Assembly: GCA_963675515.1 (NCBI GenBank)
Contig: OY776328.1
Coordinates: 2,790,001-2,822,000 of the forward strand
Length of the DNA: 32,000 bases
Direction: 5' to 3'
Source of the DNA: Coprobacillaceae bacterium
Lineage (GTDB): Bacteria > Bacillota_I > Bacilli_A > Erysipelotrichales > Coprobacillaceae
Below, one piece after another: positions 1 through 7,894 of the stretch. The translations under genes and the position numbers were made by a program. Positions within the stretch are counted from its first letter, which is position 1, and each line of letters starts with the position of its first letter. The notes under the pieces are model-generated. The model was not told the origin of the DNA. It worked only from the letters and a program-made list of their open reading frames with translations, and ran no database searches.

Positions 1-5
1 AGGAT

Positions 6-38
6 AAAAAAGAACTGCCGGCCTCTTTGCGGCAGTTC
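6..38 (-). terminator. Rho-independent terminator after the 78..704 gene
   Basis: A 9-bp stem pairs 12-20 (GAACTGCCG) with 30-38 (CGGCAGTTC) around a 9-nt loop. On the minus strand the stem is followed by TTTTTT (complement of 6-11). Confidence 0.6.
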
Positions 39-77
39 CTTAAGATGCATTAGCCCTTCCTTCTTACTCATTAATGA

Positions 78-704
78 TTACCTTAGATCAACCTCAGTGA
101 TATAGTAATCTTTTCCGTCATACACTCCAGCGCGGATCTTCAGCCCGCCAATGGATGTATCCAGACGCGCTGAGATCCGTTGCGTCATATCATTGAAATT
201 GGTATCAACCTGCAAAGTATCAAGGACGGGTGGATCCCAGGATAAATCAACAACATATTGGTTCTGGCTTAGGCGAGTGGTCACGTCACGCTCGAGAAGT
301 CCCGGTGAATTGTACTCCTCAAAGATATTGACTCTGTATTGCAGATCATCAAAGTCTTTACCAAATGCTTCAGATATGACTTTACGAAGATAATCGGTAC
401 AGCGGGCAGCCGCATATCGATCGATACGGTCCGCTTCATCCAGAGTCGAAGTGAATATTATTTCAGGCTGACTCTGCGAAGATATCCTGAATGAAAATTC
501 CTTGCGCTTATAGTCGTAGCTTGAACTTACAATCTTAAAATCTTCATCATAACTTGTTTCATATGCCTTAATGATTGCTCTTTGCTGGCTGAATCGCTCA
601 ATGATGTTACCTGAAAAAGTCATATAGAAATAGAACACGAAGGCAAGTGCAGTAAGGAGAAGAAATCCTATAACACCAACAAGTCGCTTCGTTCTCTTTT
701 TCAT
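78..704 (-). CDS. Hypothetical N-terminally membrane-anchored protein
   Basis: 208-codon ORF with an AAAGGAG ribosome-binding site about 9 nt upstream of the ATG at 704. A basic N-terminus (KKRTKR) precedes one hydrophobic helix and a soluble domain of about 175 aa. No family recognised. Confidence 0.6.
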   Translation of the reverse strand: MKKRTKRLVGVIGFLLLTALAFVFYFYMTFSGNIIERFSQQRAIIKAYETSYDEDFKIVSSSYDYKRKEFSFRISSQSQPEIIFTSTLDEADRIDRYAAARCTDYLRKVISEAFGKDFDDLQYRVNIFEEYNSPGLLERDVTTRLSQNQYVVDLSWDPPVLDTLQVDTNFNDMTQRISARLDTSIGGLKIRAGVYDGKDYYITEVDLR

Positions 705-874
705 TTTTCAGTTCTCCTTTCTAAATTATTTTTCTCATAGCAACATATTCTTCCGTATTTATAAGTATTATATTACACCCATTAAGGTATAGGTTAATAT
801 AGTTACAAATAGACTCATGACAGGCAAGCTGGAGATGTCACAAAGACTAAACGCAGAGCTATTTTGCGGCATTT

Positions 875-957
875 TGACCGTGTCTCTTAACGGTAAGAAT
901 GCCGCTTAGGGTGGTTGCCGGGATGCGATGGCAATGTCATTCTTCACAGCAACTTCG
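875..957 (-). pseudogene. Decayed 3'-end relic of a second DUF4406-like gene
   Basis: Hand alignment to 2808-2900 (the 3' end of the intact DUF4406 gene) gives about 69 of 80 aligned nt identical, plus a 13-nt and a 3-nt indel. The 13-nt deletion breaks the frame, and no upstream part of the gene remains. Confidence 0.6.
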
Positions 958-996
958 AATGAAGATGCTTCAATATTTGAATTCCTGAGTCAGTAT

Positions 997-1944
997 TTAT
1001 TTTTGTGAGCACTTCCAGAGTGCCATAGGGTGGTTTCGAATACGTTCTACGATTTCGGTTGATTCAAAAAGCAGCTCCGGCTGATATGTCTTATTCCTAA
1101 AGGCATCCAGGAATTCCTGTTCGTTGTCCTCAAGCTTTAGAAGCGATTCAAGCCAGGCCTTGACTTGCATCTGAGCAGTCTTAAGATCAATTTTGTCCTT
1201 GTTTCGTAATACAGGATAAAGGTCTGTCTTGATACGATTCTGAGTGACTTGATCGATCGTGTTAAATTGGAACTCAAAAGGCGGAGATTCCGCGCCTATC
1301 GCGCTGTAAAAAACAACACACTTCCTGAGCAGGGGCTCCTCTGACTCATCAATCAACCCAAATTTCACCAGATTATAAATGTCATAAAGATCTCGTGGTG
1401 CCGTTCGATTGATCAAAGCAACGATTTTACTTGCAAATATTTCGATGGGGGCCACACTAAGAACAGAAACTCCAATTGGTTCCCAGGAAGATTCAAAATG
1501 TCTTTGTTCAGTTTCACAAACATGACAGCGAAGCATATAGTTGATTTCAACCTTAATGTTATCCTTCATGCCTCCTGAATTTGAGTATTCATAAACAAAA
1601 GAATCAAGAGCATGGTATTGCTTCGATTTGGGACTTAACAAATAGCCGTTAGCTTTCATAAATTTTTCGATTCGGTCATTGATGATTGATCTTGTCGCCA
1701 TCATTTCATCCCGAGTGACGTTTTTTGAAAAATCCAGATCAATATCAACAGACAACCTTGGCAAATTGAAAATTGTCAGGTTGATGGCCGTTCCGCCCTT
1801 TAGAGCCAAAGAGTTCCCTAGCAAAGCGTCATTTTCGAAAAACTTCAGTATATCAGTCAATCTGCAAACTTTCTCATATGTATCTCGCACAAAACCAAGT
1901 TCCTTAGCTTGTTTCCCCAACAATAACTTGTTCCACTCAGGCAT
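997..1944 (-). CDS. abiEii: AbiEii/AbiGii-family nucleotidyltransferase toxin (type IV TA, DUF1814)
   Basis: The protein carries LALKGGTAINL...RLSVDIDLDF, the GGT / DxD nucleotidyltransferase signature of AbiEii. The ATG at 1944 overlaps the stop codon of the upstream antitoxin gene (ATGCCTGA), so I prefer it to the longer ORF start at 1992. Confidence 0.85.
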   Translation of the reverse strand: MPEWNKLLLGKQAKELGFVRDTYEKVCRLTDILKFFENDALLGNSLALKGGTAINLTIFNLPRLSVDIDLDFSKNVTRDEMMATRSIINDRIEKFMKANGYLLSPKSKQYHALDSFVYEYSNSGGMKDNIKVEINYMLRCHVCETEQRHFESSWEPIGVSVLSVAPIEIFASKIVALINRTAPRDLYDIYNLVKFGLIDESEEPLLRKCVVFYSAIGAESPPFEFQFNTIDQVTQNRIKTDLYPVLRNKDKIDLKTAQMQVKAWLESLLKLEDNEQEFLDAFRNKTYQPELLFESTEIVERIRNHPMALWKCSQK

Positions 1945-2707
1945 TGAGATCAACCCCCTTACTGAGGATTGATTCAATATTCTCAGGGGCAAAAATCATC
2001 CAATCTTCATGTAGTACAAAGTGCTTGGAAAGGGCATCTTTTTCTGAATACAGATAACTCTTTGATCTAGGGATTTTGCTTCTGCAGTAATCAAAAAATG
2101 AGTTTGAAAGACCTAACTGTTCCGAAAATTCCGTGAGTAGGAAGCCGGATTTTTGATATAAATTCGCCTGCCCGTATTCATCAAGATAGGTTATCAGCTT
2201 ATCAGCTCGTAGTGCAGGGACCAGCAACAGACAACGGAGTAGTTCTTCCAAACCACCAATTTTCTCAAAAGAATAGATACTATCGATGACAGTCCTTTCA
2301 AGATCTGTGACTCTGATTCCTGAATTGGTTGTAATCACTCCAGAATCAATTTTCGGAGAAACCCTGGTAAAGGTAATGCCATCAAAAGAAAAGTCAGTGA
2401 ATCTACTGGTTGTCGATACAAAGACCTCATGAAAAACTTGATTAGCATAACCATAGTATTCAAATGCACTGTGATGCGAAATATAAGCATCCTCAGCAAT
2501 ATGAGTTGCTATTAAAAATCGGTTTGCGACAGGCTGCTTCGTTTCAAGACTGATTGCTGTATATAGATCTCTTCGAATTCGATCAATATATCCGTTTTTG
2601 ACATAATCATTTAGTATTGAGTGTGCTGCTTTTTCGGTTCCAATTAGTTCAACAACATCCTTCCGCGAAAAACAACCCAACTCAATTAGCTTGTCTATGT
2701 ATTTCAT
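1937..2707 (-). CDS. abiEi: AbiEi-family antitoxin / transcriptional regulator
   Basis: It has an N-terminal wHTH-like region (MKYIDKLIELGCFSRKDVVELIG...) and the C-terminal AbiEi domain layout, and is translationally coupled to abiEii. The start at 2707 is preceded by GGAGGTG; the ORF-track start at 2767 lacks a ribosome-binding site. Confidence 0.8.
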   Translation of the reverse strand: MKYIDKLIELGCFSRKDVVELIGTEKAAHSILNDYVKNGYIDRIRRDLYTAISLETKQPVANRFLIATHIAEDAYISHHSAFEYYGYANQVFHEVFVSTTSRFTDFSFDGITFTRVSPKIDSGVITTNSGIRVTDLERTVIDSIYSFEKIGGLEELLRCLLLVPALRADKLITYLDEYGQANLYQKSGFLLTEFSEQLGLSNSFFDYCRSKIPRSKSYLYSEKDALSKHFVLHEDWMIFAPENIESILSKGVDLNA

Positions 2708-2788
2708 TACAACACCTCCGTTTCTATTATTGCACAAAACATTCCTTTTTTCCAATGTTACGCGCAAAATCAGGAATGGATTTTTCTG

Positions 2789-3142
2789 TTATCTTGTAGG
2801 GTTTTTCTGACCGTGGCTTTTAACGGTCAGGATACCGCTTAAGGTGGTTGCTGGGATTCGATAGCGTTCAGCAATGGCAATGTCGTTTTTCACGACTTCG
2901 TCGATCCGAGAGCCACAGACTACGAGGACGTTGGAGCGTCTGAGGTAATCGAGCTCGATGTCCTGTCTGTCCTTATGCTCCTGGGGGATGCCGTCATCAA
3001 TGAAGGTTGAAAGCATCAGGATGGGACAGATGGGATTGTAGCCAGCGTCGAAAACCTTCCGGCTGTATTTGGTTGCAATCTCTGTATTCTCAGTTGGATC
3101 AACGCCCCAGGAAGCTGAGATATATGCGAGAGGTCTCTTCAT
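2789..3142 (-). CDS. DUF4406 / nucleoside 2-deoxyribosyltransferase-like small protein
   Basis: 117 aa starting MKRPLAYISASWG, with later motifs ...YNPICPILM... and ...LVVCGSRIDE. It resembles by eye the DUF4406 proteins common in Firmicutes integrative elements. This is recall, not a search. Confidence 0.55.
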   Translation of the reverse strand: MKRPLAYISASWGVDPTENTEIATKYSRKVFDAGYNPICPILMLSTFIDDGIPQEHKDRQDIELDYLRRSNVLVVCGSRIDEVVKNDIAIAERYRIPATTLSGILTVKSHGQKNPTR

Positions 3143-3275
3143 TTTGAGTAACTCCTTTCAGAAAGTGAACCAAGGGAACATGCATTCTGAACAAGTTTCC
3201 TTGGCTTAGATAAATTGCTGATTTGATTTTCGTGTTTGTTTAAATTGCGATATGTGCATAAAAGTCAAATTATCG

Positions 3276-4211
3276 TTATTCACGAGATTTTATTAGGCTC
3301 CCTAGATCCTCGTAAAAGTGGGAACCTGCGCCGTAAAGATCATGTTTCACCAGCGCTGTGTAATAGCTATCGATGGTGGATGGGGCATTGAATAACGTTG
3401 TCAGCAGATATTTCTTGATATTCCGGATGAAGGTGGTGTTTTTATCCAGGCATTCAAAGACATATTCTATGTGGGTGCTGTCGATGCGCTGCAGCCGTTC
3501 CTTGACCAATGATGCAGGGTAATCATCCCCGGCAACGGTGATGTATTCTCGTTTGGAACAGAGGATCTCCAACATCAGGTCCACGATTTCATCCAGACGA
3601 TCTTTGTCATAACGCTTAACAATAAACTTGTATTCGATTTTCTCCTGGATGGACTCCTTGATGGAATGAGCATCCAATCCAATCTCATCCTTCTCGATCG
3701 TGGTTTCTCTTGATTGATCAGGGATTGATGGATGTTTACTTAATCCCTTAGTCATTAATGGATCTTTATTTGTTTTCTTAGTATTTAATTGCGTTGGATT
3801 TCCCAACGTAGGTTTCTCCAACACTGGATTATCCAAGATTGGATTTTCCAACATTGGTCTTTCCAATACTGGCTTCTCCGATATAGGCTCTATGCTTTCT
3901 GTAGAATTTGTCGCCAGGTGAGGCTTTTCATAAATCGTGTAGTCTGTACCCTTAAGGTGACCAAACTCATTTCTCTCTCTGGTTCGGACGATGTATCCTG
4001 CCCGTTCCAGTTCACGGACTGCTTCCCGGATTGCATCGATACTCTCCCGGTTGATCATGGAAAGTCCCTTGAGGGTGTAGTCCCAGTCTTCCGGGAGTGA
4101 GAGCATCTGAGATAGAAGCCCTTTGGACTTCAGCGACAGATCCTTATTCTTCAGATGATGATTCGCCATAACGGTGTAATCCCTCGTTTTCTCAACTCGA
4201 AATACAGCCAT
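3276..4211 (-). CDS. HTH / DUF6017-type replication-initiator-like protein of integrative elements
   Basis: The N-terminus MAVFRVEKTRDYTVMANHHLKNKDLSLKSKGLLSQMLSLPEDWDYTL is characteristic of this family. The start at 4211 is preceded by GGGAGGGA. A central pentapeptide repeat tract is present. Confidence 0.7.
   Translation of the reverse strand: MAVFRVEKTRDYTVMANHHLKNKDLSLKSKGLLSQMLSLPEDWDYTLKGLSMINRESIDAIREAVRELERAGYIVRTRERNEFGHLKGTDYTIYEKPHLATNSTESIEPISEKPVLERPMLENPILDNPVLEKPTLGNPTQLNTKKTNKDPLMTKGLSKHPSIPDQSRETTIEKDEIGLDAHSIKESIQEKIEYKFIVKRYDKDRLDEIVDLMLEILCSKREYITVAGDDYPASLVKERLQRIDSTHIEYVFECLDKNTTFIRNIKKYLLTTLFNAPSTIDSYYTALVKHDLYGAGSHFYEDLGSLIKSRE
3789..3878 (-). repeat. Six tandem 15-bp (pentapeptide) repeats inside the initiator-like gene
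   Basis: The translation reads EKPVL ERPML ENPIL DNPVL EKPTL GNPTQ. The DNA shows the matching GG(A/T)TT(T/A)TCCAA-type 15-mers. Confidence 0.8.
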
Positions 4212-4277
4212 CTGCATCCCTCCCTTCGTCCGGTTGAATAAAAAAAGCGCTTCGCATTGAAGCACTTCGGAGGGGAA

Positions 4278-5207
4278 TTACCGTTCCTGTGATTGCTGGC
4301 GCTTCCGCGACCAGCTTTCCAGCAGCTTGATGATGGTTTCCTCCATCTGCTGGGGTGTGTAGGATTTAGGAAAATACTTCTTGAGCTTTTCGCCGGTGAG
4401 GGTGACCTTGTCCGGCTCACCTTTTTTCTCTTCGGACATGATGGCGGTCATAACATCGAAGGTCAGTTTTCCGTCTTGACTGTACTTTTTCAATCGCTGA
4501 GCCTGAGACAAGGAAGGTGTAGCCTGCTCCATGTCCATGGCTTCCATCAGCTGGACCTGTTCATGAGGCATGAGGTAGGAAAGCTCTACAGCAGGATTGA
4601 AGGCGATCTTCTTGGTATCGACCATATCTAGCAGCTCAGGAACGAGCTCTGTCAGGCGGATAAAGCGCTGGACTTGCTTATAACTTTCGCCGGTTTGATC
4701 TGCAATTTTTTCAATTGAATATTTTGACTTCTGGCCAACTTGTCCAGAAGTTAGATCATTACGCTGTCCCTGATGTTTTATTGCTTCCAGCTTCAATTTA
4801 TATGCGAAGGCGCGTTCACTAGGCAGGATGTTCTCACGCTGAATATTGCTGTCAACCATGATAATGGTGGCAGCGTCATCGTCGAGATTGCGGACGATGC
4901 AAGGGAGAGTCTCCTTACCAGCCAGCTCACTAGCTCGCTTGCGACGGTGGCCGGAGATCAACTCATATCCACCATCTTCACGGGGACGGGCGATGACCGG
5001 CACCAGGACTCCGTGTTTGGTGATACTCTCGGCGGTCTCCAGCATAGATTCGTCATCTGTTACCTTGAAGGGATGATTCTTGAACGGATGCAAATCTGTC
5101 AAAGGAATATCGATGACCTTCTCCTGGGTTGCTTCGATCCTGGTTTCTTCGGTCTGAAAGATCTCATCGTAGGAGGTCAGATTTAGCTTTCTGTCGCTGG
5201 GTTTCAA
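4278..5207 (-). CDS. parB: ParB/Spo0J-family partition protein
   Basis: ParB N-terminal domain motifs are present (HPFKNHPFKV..., GVLVPVIARP..., ELISGHRRKRA). The start is TTG at 5207, preceded by GGAGGTGA plus 6 nt. It overlaps the parA 3' end by 44 nt. Confidence 0.85.
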   Translation of the reverse strand: MKPSDRKLNLTSYDEIFQTEETRIEATQEKVIDIPLTDLHPFKNHPFKVTDDESMLETAESITKHGVLVPVIARPREDGGYELISGHRRKRASELAGKETLPCIVRNLDDDAATIIMVDSNIQRENILPSERAFAYKLKLEAIKHQGQRNDLTSGQVGQKSKYSIEKIADQTGESYKQVQRFIRLTELVPELLDMVDTKKIAFNPAVELSYLMPHEQVQLMEAMDMEQATPSLSQAQRLKKYSQDGKLTFDVMTAIMSEEKKGEPDKVTLTGEKLKKYFPKSYTPQQMEETIIKLLESWSRKRQQSQER

Positions 5208-5985
5208 GCTTCATCACCTCCTTCGTCAGATTTTTGTAGGCTTCTGCCACTTTACCCTTGGGATCATGGGCAAAGATACTTTTCCCATAGGAAGCAGTTT
5301 CTGCCGCCCGGACAGAGTGGGGGATGGCCGAGTCAAACACCTTCAGCTTAGTTCCGTAGGTTTCCCGTAAAAGAGCACTGATTTCCCTGGCGTCATTGGT
5401 CCGGCTATCTACCATAGTCAGCAGGATGCCGTCTATTTTCAACTTGGGATTGATTTGCTTGCGAACTTTGTTGATGGTTTGAAGTAGCTGCTCCAGGCCT
5501 TTGGCGGACAGATACTGAGCCTGTACAGGGACTAGAACACTGTCTGCGGCAGCCAGAGTATTGACCGTCAGCATGCCGAGAGAAGGCATACAGTCGAGCA
5601 GGATGTATTCGTAGCTGGATTTAATATCATCAAGATACTGTTTCAGGATCTTTTCCCGGCTCATAATATTGACCAGCGAGACCTCAAGTCCGGACAGCTC
5701 AATGTTGGCGGGCATCAGATCCACACCTTCACAATGATGCAGGATGCCTTCCTGTGGAGAAAGCGCTGTGTCATTCATGGTTTTTCCTAAGATAGAGGAG
5801 AGTGTTATCGGTAGTTGATCCGGCTGAGGATGCCCCAAGCTGATCGTCAGGCTACCCTGGGGATCACAATCTACAAGCAAAACCTTCTTGCCTTCGGCGG
5901 CCAATCCGATGCCCAGATTGGTGCAGGTGGTGGTCTTGCCGACTCCACCTTTCTGATTGGCAATAGCGATCACATTACAGGGCAA
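5164..5985 (-). CDS. parA: ParA/Soj-family ATPase
   Basis: It has the deviant Walker A motif IANQKGGVGKTTT and the VLLVDCDPQG motif. The start is TTG at 5985, preceded by GGAGGTGA plus 6 nt. Confidence 0.9.
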   Translation of the reverse strand: MPCNVIAIANQKGGVGKTTTCTNLGIGLAAEGKKVLLVDCDPQGSLTISLGHPQPDQLPITLSSILGKTMNDTALSPQEGILHHCEGVDLMPANIELSGLEVSLVNIMSREKILKQYLDDIKSSYEYILLDCMPSLGMLTVNTLAAADSVLVPVQAQYLSAKGLEQLLQTINKVRKQINPKLKIDGILLTMVDSRTNDAREISALLRETYGTKLKVFDSAIPHSVRAAETASYGKSIFAHDPKGKVAEAYKNLTKEVMKLETQRQKAKSDLLR

Positions 5986-6311
5986 GGAAAATCACCTCCG
6001 ATCCGATTCAAAATTCCTGTCAGGAATGAGGACAGGAAGCAGCTGTAAAAAATGATGGGCCTCTGTTCCATGACAATTTGGCAGTCGATCTCTTCAGGCA
6101 TCTGGCTGCCCATGATCTCGTACATCATCCCAAGGAAAACAGCGAATTGCTCATCATCCGTGATGGAATGCATGTAGAAAAGGGTATCGACGAACTCACC
6201 CAGGCTAACCAGATCATCAAAGGATTCAGTTACTACCTCGGCAAAGGCTTCGCCTTGCATTTCAGCCAGATGGCAGACCTGCTTGTAGCGATGATTAAAC
6301 GTTTCTTTCAT
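5970..6311 (-). CDS. Small, strongly acidic hypothetical protein; first gene of the par operon
   Basis: 113-codon ORF with an AAGGAGG ribosome-binding site before the ATG at 6311. About 17 Asp/Glu versus 4 Lys/Arg in the first 85 residues. It overlaps the parA start by 16 nt. No family recognised. Confidence 0.45.
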   Translation of the reverse strand: MKETFNHRYKQVCHLAEMQGEAFAEVVTESFDDLVSLGEFVDTLFYMHSITDDEQFAVFLGMMYEIMGSQMPEEIDCQIVMEQRPIIFYSCFLSSFLTGILNRIGGDFPCPVM

Positions 6312-6333
6312 AGCGACCTCCTTATATTTGTTG

Positions 6334-6362
6334 AAACAAAAAACACCTTCGCGAGGAAGGCG
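6334..6362 (-). terminator. Putative rho-independent terminator after the XRE/membrane operon
   Basis: The stem pairs 6344-6350 (CACCTTC) with 6356-6362 (GAAGGCG) at 6 of 7 positions around a 5-nt loop. On the minus strand it is followed by TTTTTTGTTT. Confidence 0.45.
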
Positions 6363-6462
6363 TTTCGTTAAAAGTAACGGGCAGCGTTATTTTGATTTTT
6401 TGAAAACCAGAATTATATCTGAATACAGAAACAGCTTTATTTGGTCATTTGATTTGATTTTT

Positions 6463-6876
6463 CTATCTGCTCCTTATAATGATAATTCCAAGGCCATTAA
6501 TCACAATAAATCCGAAAAGTCCTAGTAAAGCAATATCTACAGGGATAAACTCAATTTTCATAATCTTAAGAGCTAACACTGTGCCGGCCAGGATGAATTG
6601 AGAAACGTACAGCATGATCATGGAGTATCGTTGCATCATATATACGGTCCGTTCATCATAAGACGCTGCTTTTCCATTCCTGTTCTCAATGCTCTTATAT
6701 TTGCTAACAAACTGAGAAGCCAGGGCAGCGGCGCTGACTCCGATCAACAAAGGAAGTGCAAAAACTATAATAGCTTGTTTGTTCAAACCTTCATCGAGGT
6801 AAACAGCCAAAACGGCTCCAGCTGCCATTCCGAAAAAAATTATGATCCATAGTAAAATGGAATACTTTTTATTCAT
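6463..6876 (-). CDS. Small polytopic (about 4 TM) membrane protein partnered with the XRE regulator
   Basis: 137 aa with four hydrophobic segments. The start ATG overlaps the XRE stop codon (ATGA), which suggests translational coupling. Confidence 0.65.
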   Translation of the reverse strand: MNKKYSILLWIIIFFGMAAGAVLAVYLDEGLNKQAIIVFALPLLIGVSAAALASQFVSKYKSIENRNGKAASYDERTVYMMQRYSMIMLYVSQFILAGTVLALKIMKIEFIPVDIALLGLFGFIVINGLGIIIIRSR

Positions 6877-7094
6877 TCTGCATCACCTTTCTCAAGATAA
6901 AATATTGCTTCAATCGGAAGTTGAAAATACTCGATGATTTTTAGGGTTAACTCAAGACTGGGATTATAACGCTCTTTTTCAATGGCATTTATTGTCTGTC
7001 GGGTCACATTAAGATCCTCAGCCATCTTGACTTGGCTAATTTTTCGTTCGAGCCGTATTTCTTGTATTCTGTTTCGAACTGGCAAAGTCAACAC
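6873..7094 (-). CDS. XRE-family helix-turn-helix transcriptional regulator (about 73 aa)
   Basis: The HTH_3-like core is ISQVKMAEDLNVTRQTINAIEKERYNPSLELTLKI. The start is GTG at 7094 or TTG at 7091, just after AGGAG; the spacing is short, so the exact start is uncertain. Confidence 0.8.
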   Translation of the reverse strand: MLTLPVRNRIQEIRLERKISQVKMAEDLNVTRQTINAIEKERYNPSLELTLKIIEYFQLPIEAIFYLEKGDAE

Positions 7095-7100
7095 GCTCCT

Positions 7101-7128
7101 ATTAGTGTAAAGATATCTTTACACTAAT
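7101..7128. promoter_or_regulatory. Perfect 28-bp palindrome; candidate operator of the XRE regulator
   Basis: ATTAGTGTAAAGAT|ATCTTTACACTAAT is exactly self-complementary. It lies between the -10 box and the ribosome-binding site of the XRE gene. An extra half-site-like TTTACACT sits at 7163-7170. Confidence 0.6.
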
Positions 7129-7155
7129 AATAATTCTAGAATCGCACACTGTCAA
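7127..7155 (-). promoter_or_regulatory. Near-consensus sigma-A promoter of the XRE/membrane operon
   Basis: The minus strand reads TTGACA (7155-7150), a 17-nt spacer, then TATTAT (7132-7127). The -10 box overlaps the palindrome by 2 nt. Confidence 0.55.
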
Positions 7156-7204
7156 GAAGGTTTTACACTTTTTCTTCGGCGTATGGGCAGTAATCTTCAA
7201 GAAT

Positions 7205-7233
7205 AAACCGTCACAACATGAATATGACGGTTT
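7205..7233 (-). terminator. Hairpin downstream of the 7319..7894 gene; possible terminator
   Basis: A 9-bp stem pairs AAACCGTCA (7205-7213) with TGACGGTTT (7225-7233) around an 11-nt loop. Only a weak T-tract (ATTCTT) follows on the minus strand. Confidence 0.35.
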
Positions 7234-7318
7234 AATGTCGAGATTTTTCTCAGTTATTGTAGACGTTATTTAGTGCTCTGATGCCGACATCCTCTCGCAT
7301 ATACCACTTTGAGTATTC

Positions 7319-7894
7319 CTATTCCTTGCTTTTAAAAATTTTCTTGATCTGTTCTTCTCCATATTTAGAAGGAATGCGTGCCTTCATGAATTCTGGACCA
7401 GACAGAAAGTCGAGCAGCCATTCCTTTGGTACTAAATAGCGATTTCCCATATCCAAGTGTTTAATTGCGCCCTTATTGATCCATTTAAGTAGGGTAGTGG
7501 TTGAATACCCAGTAAGGCTGGACAACTGATTGACACTAAGAACATCTGGATACTTGGATAGCTTCTTTAGATAATGAGCACTGATTTTTCGGATATTCGC
7601 AGGTGTCATCAAGAAATCCTTCTCATCAGGTTTACCATAGGTCTTGTACCATCCGGATGGGGCAGCATATCGTCCGGGATCTTTTTCTCTTGATTCCAAA
7701 TACTCGATGACGTCCTCCAAATTGATTTTGTATTTCCTTGTTTTCTTGCCGCTGTTCACACAGGGGACCAGACCGTTGTCCAGCAAATGGGCAGCAGTTT
7801 TCTTGCTGATGTTACAGATTCTGTAAAATTGATCCTTGGTTATAACAGGCGGATACAGCTTATAGAGAAGTTGATATTTGCTTTTTTTCTTCAT
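7319..7894 (-). CDS. HTH (excisionase/MerR-like) DNA-binding protein of the integrative element
   Basis: Two HTH-like segments are present (ICNISKKTAAHLLDNGLVPC and LSSLTGYSTTTLLKWINKGAIKH). The start ATG at 7894 (MKKKSKYQ) is preceded by AAGGAAGGGTGA. Confidence 0.7.
   Translation of the reverse strand: MKKKSKYQLLYKLYPPVITKDQFYRICNISKKTAAHLLDNGLVPCVNSGKKTRKYKINLEDVIEYLESREKDPGRYAAPSGWYKTYGKPDEKDFLMTPANIRKISAHYLKKLSKYPDVLSVNQLSSLTGYSTTTLLKWINKGAIKHLDMGNRYLVPKEWLLDFLSGPEFMKARIPSKYGEEQIKKIFKSKE

Noticed and set aside
2748-2769. Inverted repeat AACATT-N10-AATGTT upstream of abiEi as a possible AbiEi operator
   Set aside because: The arms are only 6 bp in AT-rich DNA, too weak to call. It is worth testing only if AbiEi binding is studied experimentally.
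4151-4420. 89-aa ORF spanning the parB / initiator-gene junction
   Set aside because: It is out of frame with two well-supported genes that it overlaps at both ends, and it has Arg/Ser/Pro-rich composition typical of an alternative-frame artefact.
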